A DNA stretch of 63,583 bases, filler included, from Octopus bimaculoides (Eukaryota), in NCBI RefSeq assembly GCF_001194135.2. It is 4 parts of 4 records of this genome, joined end to end, with 100 filler letters (N's around TTAATTAATTAA, not from the genome) between each part and the next. Parts side by side here need not be neighbours in the genome. Positions count along the whole stretch, not along the records: positions 17,399 to 44,362 come from NC_068995.1; positions 44,463 to 52,094 come from NC_069006.1; 2 more parts are not named here. One strand, given 5' to 3'. The position numbers and the translations under genes are program-made. The notes below the pieces were generated by a model. The model searched no databases. It was given only the letters and a program-made list of their open reading frames with translations, and was not told the origin of the DNA. The stretch's first letter is position 1, and the number at the start of each line of letters is the position of its first letter. This document shows, piece by piece, positions 35,251 through 47,690 of this stretch.

Positions 35251-36337
35251 TCATGTGTGGATATTCTGTTTTTGTTTGTGTAAAGGTTGGGGGAGACTGT
35301 TTGGGAAACATGTGTCTGCAGGGGGAGATTTTCTTTCACTAGTGCTGGGGGATAGTTGGGGTGGTATTCTTTTTATCGTTTTGGTTTTATAGCTTATAAT
35401 AGGCCAGTCTTTTATGGGTTCCTCCTTTTCGACTGTTGGGTTGGTATCCTTATGTTTTGGTAAATCTGCTGCATCGGCCGTGGTTGTGGGTTCTGGGGCT
35501 TGCATGGTGAGAAGAGTGCACTCTGCTCTAACGTGCCCCTTCTCACCACATTTAAAACAGTGAGGCTTCCTCCCCTCTACCATCACACGTAACTTCATTT
35601 CCTCTCCTACTTGGATGAACTCAGCAATTTCTTTGAGCTAGGCAGGAGCTGCTTGAATACTCATTTTGAGCCCCTGCTCTTTCCAGTTTTGTTGTTCAAT
35701 TTTTGTGGCTTGGAGGATCGATATTTTATCCTCCAAGCCCATTACAAGTGCGGCGCAGAGCCAGGCAACATCTATCTTGGGAGGAATTTCTCTACCATTA
35801 TTTTCAAGGTATGCCTTCCTAGGTATGTGGGTAGGAGCACTACCTCAGCTGTTTTTAGTGGGGCTATTGAATGTTGCCTGGCTTTTTCTTCACTTTTTCT
35901 TCACTTTTAAAAAGCACAACAATTATCGCAAATTTTTTCCCTCTTGTTAGAAACATTATGTCTGTCCACCTATTCATTTGCTGCAATGTCTAACTTTTTC
36001 TGTTTCACAATATAACTTTTGTAGATTATTGTCTTGTGTATTGTTTTTTCTGTTATTTCACTGGGGAGGGTAGCTTTTTTTTCTGAAGCCCTTCCCTTTG
36101 AAACATATCTTTGTGTTTGTTTAAAACTTCTAGTTCGATGTTTATGGCTTTCCTTGAAACACCTGCTGCAGCAGCGAAATTGGTTGTCTTTTTAGACTGT
36201 TCCGGTTGGCAACCTTCCAAAAACTCTTTTCCTGATGGCATGTTACGTATTGTATCCTTAACACTTGTATTTTCCTCAACAGAGGAGCAACTCATTGTTT
36301 TGGGATTAAAATTCCCACAAATGGTACAAAATAACAA
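35251..36337 (-). pseudogene. Tx1-clade ORF1 (gag-like, CCHC zinc knuckle), frameshifted
   Basis: KLRVMVEGRKPHCFKCGEKGHVRAEC; N-terminal TNFAAAAG. Confidence 0.8.
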
Positions 36338-36937
36338 TTTCCTCCCTCAAATGAGGAGAAAATGTTCACAAAAGTCTGCAAAACGCAGAACATAATCAAT
36401 ATGGCAACAACACGAAGAAAACAGAAGAGTTCCAATAACAATAAACAATCCAGCAATGTAACGCTCACATTCAAAATAGACCAATCCAAGGCAAACTTGC
36501 TCTAAGAATAAATATAAGGTAAAATTACTACCTGCTTTTATAACAAGTTGATGCAGGTAGTTTATCCTGTCCACCTCCAACTTTTAGTTCATGCAATTGA
36601 AAAAAACACATTATTCATGGGATGACCCAAAAAATTGTACCTTTTGTATAGGCATTCAATTGGCAGTTGTTAGAGTGCCAAAGAGAATGACTTGCTGTAT
36701 TTGTTGAGCTCTCTGTGTTATGACTTCAAATCCTATCTAAGATAGCTTTGCCTTTCATCCTTTATGAGTCTGTACATAAAGTATTAAGTCCAGGGTAGCG
36801 AATTGGCGGAGATTAGAGTGTTAGATGAGATGCCTTGTATATCTGACATATACAAACATGCATTTGTGTGTGTGTGCATACATATGCTTTATAACATTAT
36901 GTTAGATACAGAAAACTAAGTCTGAAGTTGGATAGAT

Positions 36938-37199
36938 CAGGGGTTTTCAAACTTTTTGCCTTGCGGACCCCTTTATATTTCAGGCTTTACCCTTATAAAC
37001 ACTTATGAAATTTATACATAAATATTTGCTTAAAATAACATATATTTTTACATTTATTTATTTAACAGTATTTAACAAATAGGTTTATTGTCAATTAAAA
37101 GATTTCGATTAAAAAACATATAAAATCAAATTGCCCATAAAAAGTATTTGCTGTCTACGGACCCCCTGTGGTCCACGGACCACAGTTTGAAAACTCCTG
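36938..37199. mobile_element. hAT (Charlie-like) MITE with perfect 8-bp TSD
   Basis: TIR CAGGGGTTTTCAAACT / AGTTTGAAAACTCCTG; TSD GGATAGAT at 36930-36937 and 37200-37207. Confidence 0.92.
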
Positions 37200-37559
37200 G
37201 GATAGATGATGAGACATTTTAGGAGTATTTTAAGAGAAGTAGAAAGAAAGTACAAAACAAAGAGACATAGATGGGGAAAGAAATTTGAAAAAGAGAGAAA
37301 AGAAAAGACAAAATGCAAAATGAAGAAACAATATTTTAATGAAAGAAAGGGAGAACTGAACAGGACAACAATAAAAGGAATAAAAGAGTAAAAATATTTA
37401 AATGAAAATTAGAAAATTAAAAATATTTGTGTAAAATAAGTGAAAAAAATAATTCCACCCACAAGTCAGATTTACATACATGTACACATATATATTTGCC
37501 AATACAGAAACAAACTTGGAACTGAATGTGGCTACTCTTTGGAAAATTTAACAAACTAC

Positions 37560-39710
37560 AAACAACCCTGGATGCAAGTTGTGCCATAAGACTTTTTGTA
37601 CTGGGAGAGCCTTGAAGATACATTAGGGACAAACTTAGAGGAAGAAGTCAGAGTAGTGCAGATCATCTGATCGTAAAATACTTGACGAATCACACCTGGA
37701 CACACCACAACAAATCAACAAATGTTACAGCAAAGACCTCTTCCCATATAGAAACTACAGTTTATGAGACTGTTGCATTAGATAGTGCTCACAAGAAACT
37801 GAGGGTTCTGTAGCCTGCTGCCACTGTAAAAGTAAGATGTAAAGATTTAGAAAGTAAGGCATGCAATGTGTTATATAAAATGACAAGATCCACAGTAGAG
37901 AAACTGGAGAAGATAGCAAGCTCAATATACAGCACAGGAATTTAACTGTTTGGAGGGCAAAAATATGGTACCTAGTTGACAAGAAAAGAGTGTAACAAGG
38001 AGGAGGGATGAGAAAATGAAACAACTGAGGAAAGAGAAGACCTGCTTAAGAAAGCAATGGAAATGTGTGGGGGAAAACGAAATACCTGACTTCTTGCTGC
38101 TGTATGAAGATTTGAAAAGAAAATGCCTTGATTTGAGCGAAGGCATAAAAAGGACTTGTGAACAGTTTTTGAAGAACCTGTATGGGATTACAAAGAAGTT
38201 GTTCATTGAACTAAACAGCAATGTTTTACTGTGTACAAAAGAATTGGACGTTCATATCAAAGAAACCTATAATGATCCAAATCATAATCAGTAACTGAAG
38301 CATCTTTTAGAACCTGATATCCAATTTTAGACTGAAGATATCAGAGAAAAAGAGGTGAATGAATTTGTGAACAAAGCCAGAGCAAAGAGTGCCCCAGGAG
38401 GTGGTAACATCTTGTATAAGGTATATAAGTACTGTATTCATATACGAAAGAAGCTTTTCATCCTGCTCCAGCAACTTTGACATGAAGAGGATCTACTGGA
38501 CAATTGGTATAAGGCAGAAGGCATATACCTGTCAAAGGAAGCCAATGCAGTAACGTATCTACAGAGGAATGGGCATATGGATGAATCTGTTAAAAAAGCT
38601 GGAATTCCTGCATGTATCAAGCTTTCCTTTTCAATTAGGAAGGCGATCCAGGATGCAAAACAAAACAAGTCTGAACATGGTATGCTTGATCTAGTTAATG
38701 CATACGGCTCAGTGTCATATAAATTGGTGATAAGAGCTATGGACCACTTCCACAGGAGAAAGCAACAAAATTAATGAAAAATATTACAACAGTTCTGAGA
38801 TGAAATTTACATCGGGGAACTTCACAACACTTGGCACTGCTTGGAGATTGGCATTGCTGCTGGCCACACAATATCTGTAATGTGGTTTATTCTAGTCATG
38901 GAGAAGCTTTTGAAAGCTACAGACTTTTCTGAACAAATGGTCCATATACAATCACCCAAGAAGGACTTCATAGATGGCCTGACACTTCTGTCTATAGATA
39001 AGTGAATCATGCAAAATGCTCTCTTGAGGCTGGACAAGACCATAAAGTAATCAAGGATATGGTTCAAAACAAAAACATCATGCAGTCTGACATTTATTAG
39101 GGGAGTGCAGAAAGATGTGAAATTAAAATGGCAGGAGAAGGTATACCAACAGTCAAGGAAGAATCTGTTAAGAGCCTGGGGCATGCATACTATGGTGCTG
39201 GATAGTTATATTTGGAAACAATCTAGTTCTTAAGATCCTTTTCAATGCTGCAAAGAACCAAATTGTTCTAATCAACAGTGGCAACAAAGCACAGAGGAAA
39301 CCAGCCAGAGATTTTATTACCTTCATGCACGCAGGACAGCAGATCTGTTTAAAGAAATTTCCTGTGAACAAGGAAAAGTGAAACAGTTGTTAGGAGGTGG
39401 CTGCAGATTTACCAAGATATCAAGGATTCTTCCCCATTCCAGTTACAAAGAAACCAGATACATGGTGTGAGGAAAAGAAAGTTGTAAATCTGGTTGAGTT
39501 AACAGTTCCTCATGAAGATAACATGGATGCTGCTTTGACATGAAAGATCAACTGTAATGAACATCTCAAGGATTGTGAAGACGCAGGCTGGAAGGCAGAG
39601 CATTATCCAATTGAAGTTAGACATAGAGAGGATTCATTGGAAAGAAAATGAGGTGATGGTTGTTGTTGCTAGGCCTAACTCAAAGTGAAGCAAATACCAC
39701 TGCTGTGGGA
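37560..39710 (+). mobile_element. Decayed Hero/NeSL-like RLE non-LTR retrotransposon
   Basis: N-terminal CKLCHKTF...LKIH finger; KSAPGG..LYKVYKYC; KKAGIPACI...DLVNAYGSVSYKL; GIAAGHTISVMWFILVME; C-terminal KPD...VELTVPHEDN...GWKAEHYPIEV (PD..D/E nuclease); heavily disrupted. Confidence 0.75.
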
Positions 39711-39749
39711 GTTTGGCTGGTTTTCATTGTCATCATGGTCTTTGGTGTA

Positions 39750-40510
39750 AGATTATTATCGATTAAGCTGGTTATGTGTGTTGTAAACAAGAACTTGTGA
39801 ACATTTTATAATGTTGATAATATCATCCACTAATTTGGCCAACAGAGTTGTAGAACTCTGGTATCTTACAGGTGCTAACATGGCTTGCACATTCAATGGT
39901 AGGTGAAATAAAAAGAGATGCCTTAACATAGACTCTTCAAGCATGTTACCTTCTAAAAATTCTTTCATTCTTCTCAACAGTTGAAAAGGTTTCTTATTGC
40001 CCCAAACCTTGCTGTGAAGAAGCTGATGGAAACATTTTTGGTTGGACACAGAAGTACATAATAAAATCTCCGTTTTCATACGTTGATAAGATGTGGAGTT
40101 GGAAGAATTAGTAATTAAGTCTTTGACTTCACTGCTTAACAGAACCAGTTTTAAGCCAAAAAGACTGATTTGTTTAAATTGGGCTTTGCAGAGGATGCTA
40201 TGATGAATTAAACATTTCCCAATGTTTTTATTGCTTTGAGGATTTACTTTACATTGCCCATAACAGTTGCATCAGGTGAAAACATACCTACACTGACCAT
40301 CCTCTAAATGGGCCCTGCACTTCCTAACACTAGCCCTGCTGCTTAAGGCAGGTGGCAGAACACTGACTAAGAAGTTAAACTGGTGTATACCTGAAGAAGT
40401 TTTGTTTGCTGCAAAATGAGCTTCCAATTAGGTAATCCAAACTACTGTATCTCCAGTCCAAGGAGGAATGGTGAAAGTCAAGGCAGCCTGAATGGCTGGG
40501 TTGTCATATT
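39750..40510 (-). pseudogene. Gypsy-type gag remnant
   Basis: IPPWTGDTVVWIT*LEAHF (LPPFW..DP..WF...EAQF-like); HQLLHSKVWGNKKPFQLLRRM...LRHLFLFHLPLNVQAMLA. Confidence 0.65.
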
Positions 40511-43059
40511 TCCAGGTGAAACCTTTAGGACAGGTGGCGTTGCCTTGTTTTAGTGTAAATTATTTTGAATTAATCAGATGAAAATTATATGAAAACATTG
40601 AAATACTGGTTGTTACTGCAACCACTCTGAAAGGTTTGTAATGATAGAGTTTAATGAAGGCATGCAGTTCTTTAGTTGAGGTTCACCAAATGTAACAACA
40701 ACTTTTGATGTCATAATGAACAAAGAACAATATAATTAATAATTATAATGGCTTGATTATAAAGTGATTGTAATATCAGTTATTACAATATATAAGATGT
40801 ATACATCTTGGTTAAGTTGTTTAAGAGTATACAGCTTGTTTGTAGGTCTCCAGTCCATTCTCTGTGATAGTAATTTCAATTTTGTGACTGCTAGGGAGAA
40901 ATAATGTATGCAGACAGATAAACAGTTGTGTTTTCATGATTATGAGAGAACATACCTAAGGTAAGGAAGATAGCCATGCTTATTGGTAGGCACTAAATTG
41001 CCAAAAGAGATCAACTGATATTTGCTTGTGTATTTATGAGTTCTCTAATTTCATTAGGTCAACTAATGACAGGTTTCTACTTTTATATCAAGTTTGATCT
41101 GTGAATGCCTCAAAAAAGGTTCAAGCGGTCAGTTCATTCTCAGTAATCTTTCAGTGCAACTAGTGATGATAATAGGTTGAGGACTTGTTTGACAATGTGT
41201 AAAAATGTAGGTTTGATTTCGAATCTTAACAGGTATTCTGTAGCTGTCAGTTATAGGTTCTGGATGAAATTTGCTCCAAGATCATGCATACAGAGGTAGA
41301 CAAACTGTCCCTTGGCAATCAAATGTTCGTATTAAATTACTTTTTCAAGCAGACTAGAAATTTAGTGGTCGGAAGATGCTAGTAACAGTCATAGCTGTTA
41401 TATAATACTATAATGATGACAACGTTGCAGATCACAGAAGAAGGGGTGTAAGTAGGGAAGGTTGTGTTGGCATTTGATGTTTAAGCAATTCTCTCAGTAT
41501 TCTGGTGTTTACTTGCTTTCAGTTGTTGACTTTCCTGAGATTATCCTTTGAGTTTGGGGCAAAATGGTTCTCCTGATGACCTTATGACACAAAGGGTTTT
41601 TTTTTTTCATGGATGGGAGTAAGCACATCAGATAAAAAATAATGACAAGAGTATTGTGCTGAAATGTGTCACTCTCTTGAAAGAGCCTGGGACTAACAAA
41701 GCAATGAGACTCACCATTTATTTTGTCAGATGTTGAACGGTATTCAATTGATATTAGTAACAGCAAAAAATGCAAATTCTGTTGAGTTGGAAAGTCAGAT
41801 CACTGTTTTCAAGTTTTATGATGATTGGTGTTACTGCAGAAGTTTTCTTAGTTGGTTTAGTCCTTGCTTTGTTGGGTCAGCAATTTGGTGTGGAAATGGG
41901 TTGGTCTTCATTGTCTCTGTGGTTTTTGGTGTAAAATTAGTGTGGACTAAGCTGGCTGCATGTGAAGTTTACAGGAACAAAACTTGCGAACATTATATAA
42001 TATATTTATTTAAGGAGAGGTCGTTCATATGTNNNNNNNNNNATATATATATATATTTCATTTTTGGAAAGGTTGCAACGAAAATATTAGAAAAATAAAA
42101 AAGAAATAAGTGGAAATTTTACCAGTGAATGTGTTAAATTATAAGGCACCAAAAGAGAATTACTCTCCCCAGACACAACAGTATATATATATATATATAT
42201 ATATATATGGGTTTTCAAATACTCAGTGTGGAGAGATTTAGGATATAGGGATCAATTTTCATAGTGTCTGAATTCTACAAACATTGATGGCTTATTCTAG
42301 AGATAGGAACACATTGATCGTGAATGAAAATTGAGATGTTAGTTTTTATCTGAATCTACTCATATTTCTGGTTTGTTTGTGGTGAGAAGTGAAATGACAT
42401 AGCTTTTAACTGTTTACTCAGCCATCTTAGAGCAAAAGACCTTTGTCTTTTGTATGTGACTCCATCGAATCTTCCTGATGTTTTGCCCTCGTCTGTTTGC
42501 CTTTGGCCAGAAGTGAGCAGTGTGTTTCCTGGTCGCTCTCAACTTCTGGTTTTTAGTGCCAAACTGTTTATAACTAAAGAAAAAAGCATGAATCTCAAGG
42601 ATTTTGAGATGATGTTCTGACTTTGTGGTGTGATCTCTAAGCTGATTGCTCGATAATTAGATTATACACATGAAAATTGCATGTTTGAATTGTGCTTCAC
42701 AAATGGTACTAGCTTAATAATTTAGAGAAAAGGGTTTGAATCATGAGTGATACCCAGGTTACTGTGGAGAAGGCAAGCATTAGTTTGGTGAAAAAGAGAT
42801 GATGAGCAATGGCTAGAAGAATATTGATCTAGCAAGTGGGGCCTCATCTCAGTGAGGTATGGCCGATGCACAATAATGCTGTGAAGAGGAAGTACTCGAA
42901 ACAGCATGCATTTCCTCCTTATGACCCCATAAGCTTGCAGAGCTTTCAACTGGTAGCACTTGCCTCTGCAAGTTGTTTGTAAATAATCTATATATGTACA
43001 AACAAACATGCGTTCGTGCATATACATATTTACATGAAAAAATATGTTTGTATTCTCCT

Positions 43060-43380
43060 TGATCTTGGCCTCCAGCTCTGCTTTGGTGTTGCAGGCAGAG
43101 CAGTTGGTGTCTCTCGACCATATCTCATATGTAGTAATCCATGGGATTACAATGGAGTGAATCGGGAGGCCAGGAATTGTGGCTAGTGAAGTCATAGAAA
43201 TTCACCAGCAACCACTTCTGACGTTTTTGGAGGAAAGGTAAGGAGCCGAATCCTGCTGTCACACATATGGCCTTCTAGCAGCAAACCTCTTCAGCTAAGG
43301 ATTTACCACAACCTCCAGCAGCTTCACATAGCTATTTGAATTGAGCCTAAGGCCCTGTTCAGAGATGTGGGGGATGAATT
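43060..43380 (-). pseudogene. Tc1/maT (DD37D-like) transposase C-terminal fragment
   Basis: GLRLNSNSYVKLLEVVVNP*LKRFAARRPYV*QQDSAP...RDTNCSACNTKAELEAKIKE. Confidence 0.65.
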
Positions 43381-43700
43381 CCATAACTTTGCTAACGTGT
43401 GAGATAGGCCTATAGTTTTTAGCATTTGCTCTGCTTCCTTCTTTATGGATAGGGCATATTATTCCCTTCTTTAGTTTGTCTGGGAGCTTACCATTTGTGA
43501 GGAAGCTCTGAAAAAGTAGCTGCAATGGTTTTGCAAGGGCTTGTTTGCCTGACTTGAGAAGGACTGCTAGAAATCCATGAAGCCTAGCAGCTGAGTTTGC
43601 ATCTATATCATCTATTGTCAGTATTATATCTTCTTTGGTGTTGATGTAATCAATTGTTACTGCCATCCATTCAGCTTCTGTTGCAGTAAAGAATTGATTT
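43381..43700 (-). pseudogene. L2/CR1-like LINE RT N-terminal fragment
   Basis: DANSAARLHGFLAVLLKSGKQALAKPLQLLFQSFLTNGKLPDKLKKGIICPIHKEGSRANAKNYRPIS. Confidence 0.75.
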
Positions 43701-43773
43701 ATTGGTGTGTTTGGGTAAACTGACCACTCATCACAATGATATAATATTACAACCCTAATCAAATTTCAACGAG

Positions 43774-44362
43774 TGGTCTAGCTAAGAAATTATTTATGAC
43801 CACTACAATCTCATCGAAGGCAACATCCTGTTCTCAACTCTATAGTATTTTATCTCTTTATCTCTGTGGTGTATGCGTGCGAGTAGATGTAATTGCCTTA
43901 CCTCGGTTTTCCTGTCGTTGACTGCGAGTCTGTCTTGCGGTATCCAATCCTTGAAGCTTGCCCCAACCCAAAGAACACTAGGAATAGCAGCTGCTTCTCC
44001 CGAACCTAGACTGTCGATTAGCACGTCTTCTGACCACAACCCCGTTCGAAAAGGGCATGAATCCCGATCGAGGCTCCCTCTGCCCTTTTTCCTCTTCCGG
44101 TCAGCCTCCCCAGTCACTGACGTCATACCACACGCCACCCTGATCTTAAAGATCACGTTCACACCTACTCCAATTCGAAGTCCGCCATCCAACCAGGCAG
44201 GCGCCTTACATGTCGAGATCTTCTCAAGCCAGGTGGCTCGTTTCCATCGCGCTCTTCATCCGACGAAGTGGCTATCCTGCGCAGGTCCAGCACGTGACGC
44301 AGCATTCCATCCACAGATACATTGTTTCTGGAATTGACCGCTGTCACTGTTCCCCTGCCCCA
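43774..44362 (-). mobile_element. Gypsy LTR element 3' end: integrase tail, PPT-like tract and about 360-bp LTR
   Basis: TAVNSRNNVSVDGMLRHVLDLR...LRRSRHVRRLPGWMADF*; then purine-rich CAGGGTGGCG and TGTGGTATG (LTR start at 44132) to ...GACCA (about 43774); truncated by a gap. Confidence 0.65.
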
Positions 44363-44843
44363 NNNNNNNNNNNNNNNNNNNNNNNNNNNNNNNNNNNNNN
44401 NNNNNNTTAATTAATTAANNNNNNNNNNNNNNNNNNNNNNNNNNNNNNNNNNNNNNNNNNNNATATATATGGGGGGGTACGTGTGTATGCATATGTGTGC
44501 GTACGTGTATATGTGTGCGTACGTGTGTGTGTGAATTGTGATCAATAGAATCAGATGAAAATAATGAGAGCCTAAAACATAATTACAATGCCAAATTAAC
44601 CGTAAAAAAAGCAATATAAAAACATAAATCTTAATAAAGACACATTTGTGGTTATTGCTGTTGTTTTTATTGTTGCTGTTGTTGTTTTTCTTGCTGTTGT
44701 TGTTCATGACCTGAATAAAAAAGAAAAGTGACAACAACAACAAAGACAACAATAATATTAATAATAACAACAAAATGTAGATTGCACACTAACACACACA
44801 AAGACGCGCACATATTTACATTGATTGAACTACACGCACACAC

Positions 44844-44923
<80 letters not shown>

Positions 44924-45062
44924 GTATGTATATAAACAAGGGCACAAAATAGTACCAGCATTGCTAGAAATTACTCAAAAGGCTGCAAAAGACACTAACT
45001 CAATGAGTTGACGAAAGAGAGGAAGTGAGAAAGCACCTCACAAATGAAGTAACAGATATAAA

Positions 45063-45114
45063 CATATCACGTGATTTCGAACTCTGATCAATTTAATCTT
45101 AGCTCTCGTCAGTG
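45063..45114 (-). ncRNA. Candidate hammerhead motif with intact core and eroded stem I
   Basis: CA-CUGACGA-GAGCU-aagauuaaauugaucag-AGUUC-GAA-AUCACGUGAU-A-UG: stem II closed by G-C, 10-nt perfect palindrome as stem III, AUA triplet; stem I only 2 bp. Confidence 0.45.
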
Positions 45115-45249
45115 GAACTTACTGTGCCTCGGGTTAAAGTGTAACTCGTCTCGTCATACTCATGAGAAAAAACCGCTGAACAGCACGTGCACCGATTGAA
45201 ATCGGCAGAAATGTATGGTATAAATAAAATAATATAATACAATATATTT

Positions 45250-45478
45250 ATTTCTTTATTGCCCACAGGGAGCTAAACAAAAAGGGGACAAACAAGGACA
45301 CACAAAGGGATTAAGTCGATTACATCGACCCTAGTGCGTAACTGGTACTTAATTTATCGACCTCCGAAAGGATGAAAGGCAAAGTCGACCTTGGCGGACT
45401 TTGAACTCAGAACCTAACGGCAGGCGAAATACCGCTAAGCATTTCGCCCGGCGTGCTAACGATTCTGCCAGCTCACCA
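45250..45478 (-). mobile_element. SINE family A, full length
   Basis: tatttctttattgcccacagggagctaaac...gaaaggatgaaaggcaaagtcgacc...gattctgccagctcacc. Confidence 0.9.
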
Positions 45479-45667
45479 CAAATATATTATAATATGGGTG
45501 GCCCGTTAGCAATTCAAAGCTAAAGGCTTTTTTAGTCGTTTTTTACTCTTATTTCTAGCAATTCTGATACTATTTTCTACCCTAGTTTATTAATTTGCGT
45601 TGAGGTTTGAATTGCTTAGGGGCCACCTAAATTATAATGTATTTAATATATAATATTATTTTGCATT

Positions 45668-46150
45668 ATGAGTGTCTGTGTGGTGAGAAGCTTGTTTCCC
45701 AACTACATGGTTCCGGGTTCAATTCCACTGCGTGGCACCTTTGGAAAATATCTTCTACTATAGCCTCGGGTCGACCAAAGCCTCGTGAGTGGATTTAGTA
45801 GACGGAAACTGAAAGAAAATCGTCGTATATATATATATATATATATATATATNNNNNNNNNNNNNNNNNNNNNNNNNNNNNNNNNNNNNNNNNNNNNNNN
45901 NNNNNNNNNNNNNNNNNNNNNNNNNNNNNNNNNNNNNNNNNNNNNNNNNNNNNNNNNGTGTATGTTTGCACCCTCCACCATCGCTTGACAATCGATGCTG
46001 GTGTGTTTACCTCCCCGTAACTTAGCAGTTCGGATAAAAGACCGATATAATAAGTAAGTAGGCTTATCAAGAAATAGACCTGGGGTCGATTTCTTCTACT
46101 AAAAGCCATGCTCCAGTATGCCAGCAGTCAAATGACTGAAGCAAGCAAAT
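45668..46150 (+). mobile_element. SINE family B, full length with gap
   Basis: ctgtgtggtgagaagcttgtttcccaactacatggttccgggttcaattcc...gaaactgaaagaa...cgcttgacaatcgatgctgg...gcagtcaaatgactgaagcaag. Confidence 0.88.
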
Positions 46151-46166
46151 GATTAAAAAAATATAC

Positions 46167-46240
<74 letters not shown>

Positions 46241-46569
46241 TATATGGGTACAGGACGTCACCAACTGTAAACAGTACGAAGTACGAAAACAGGACAAGTA
46301 ACACAAAGAACGACATTTCATCAGTTGTCGGCTGTCTATCTACTCCTCATTTCGGGCATTCAACTACAATATGAGTCTTCGAAGACAGTTGCTCCGAAAA
46401 CTTCCAAAATATATTTTGGATTTTATGGAGGGTCAAAGTTGGGAACAAAAATAGGACAGTGAAGACATACAAGGAAACTGAACGAAAACAGAAAATGAAG
46501 GGTCGTTAGACCAGAACGAAGGGGAAAAGTGTGAACGCTGGAAGAAATATTTTCTCTGAAAAGAGAGGG

Positions 46570-46705
46570 ATAGAAGAACTACAGTAGAAGACACTTGTCC
46601 AAGGTGCCACGCAGTGGGACTGAACCCGGAACCATGTGGTTGGGAAGCTTTGTTGAATAAAATTTACCGAAAAAAGCCGCAATAATTTATGCACCTAGCC
46701 AATAT
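46570..46705. mobile_element. SINE B head fragment (minus) fused to the right half of a mariner-type MITE
   Basis: gaagacacttgtccaaggtgccacgcagtggg...ggttgggaagc, then ttgttgaataaaattta...gcaataatttatgcacctagccaata (compare 47010-47070). Confidence 0.6.
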
Positions 46706-46829
46706 ATAACATATACACATGCACACACACACACACACACACACACATCTATAAATACAGCTGTATGATATATACATATTTATAAACAGTTGAATAACAT
46801 ACACACAAGAACAAACATCTACAGTTATA

Positions 46830-47068
46830 TTGGGTTGGTGCTTTTTTCAATAAATTTTATTCAACAAAATCAATAACAATATTTAACAAAAATATCTTTA
46901 AATGATGGTCTGACCGTCTTCCAAACAAACGGGAATCAGTAATTGAAGTAGATGGTTAATATGCTCCGGAATAATCATTTAAAGATGTTTTTGTTACATG
47001 TTGTTATTGTTTTTGTTGAATAAAATTTATTTAAAAAAAAAAGCTGCAATAATTATGTACCAACCCAA
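46830..47068. mobile_element. Mariner-type MITE (MADE-like ends)
   Basis: TA|TTGGGTTGGTGC ... GTACCAACCCAA|TA; internal inverted repeat ttcaataaaattttattcaacaaaa / ttttgttgaataaaatttatt. Confidence 0.8.
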
Positions 47069-47430
47069 TATATTCTTAACCTACTTCTAATGATAATTTT
47101 AATTCTATTTTATCTCTATTATAACCCGGCAAACTTACGCTTTTTTCCATCTAGTATTAATATCTAATTAATATTCTGATTATAACTATTTATATAATAA
47201 TTCTGTTATAATATATTCTCTACTTTCATTTTATATTTTCTCTTTGTGTATCTTCGCATATCATCTTTTTATTGGTTTACATATTATAAATCTTACATCT
47301 TATATCTTATGTCTTGAAGTTTTATATACTTTTCATATATCTTCATAATATTCGTAACTTTTATTAATTACTTTGATAGTTTGAAAATCTTTATTCATAA
47401 ATCCCATTATACATACATACATACATACAC

Positions 47431-47469
<39 letters not shown>

Positions 47470-47690
47470 NNNNNNNNNNNNNNNNNNNNNNNNNNNNNNN
47501 NNNNNNNNNNNNNTAGGGACAAAATCCAAAATTACAGGTAAAAACTCAATTAAAATCAATTTATAAAAAATTAAAATTAAATTAAGCTTTACAGAGTAAA
47601 ATATATATAAATATATAGTTTTATGGAAAAGAACCAAGGTACATGAACTCATCTATGAAAATCCACTGTCACATATAGATAAGATAAATA

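Larger units (their letters stand above)
31754..36492 (-). mobile_element. Near full-length Tx1/L1-clade LINE (ORF1 and ORF2, decayed)
   Basis: ORF1 pieces 36053-36337, 35666-35950 and 35251-35598 with a CCHC knuckle; ORF2 from 34907 with APE and RT domains; junction positions inferred. Confidence 0.85.
30636..36630 (-). mobile_element. Mariner split by a LINE insertion (about 30636-31753 plus 36493-36630)
   Basis: Left TIR TTGGGTCATCCCATAAATAATGTG at 30636 matches the reverse complement of CACATTATTCATGGGATGACCCAA ending at 36630; transposase remnants EVTKKIQHILLHEFNEGNSA, QMTSDEKWVLY, VFFHQDAWPYT; the two parts sum to about 1.25 kb. Confidence 0.85.

Noticed and set aside
43803-44337. 129-aa and 154-aa overlapping ORFs
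   Set aside because: They fall within a GC-richer LTR; no domain similarity recognised.
46318-46518. CTGATGA on the minus strand (46318-46324) and GGTC-GTTA-GACC stem after ATGAAG (46495-46518)
   Set aside because: Possibly relics of a hammerhead-bearing repeat, but neither has both core halves; too degraded to call.
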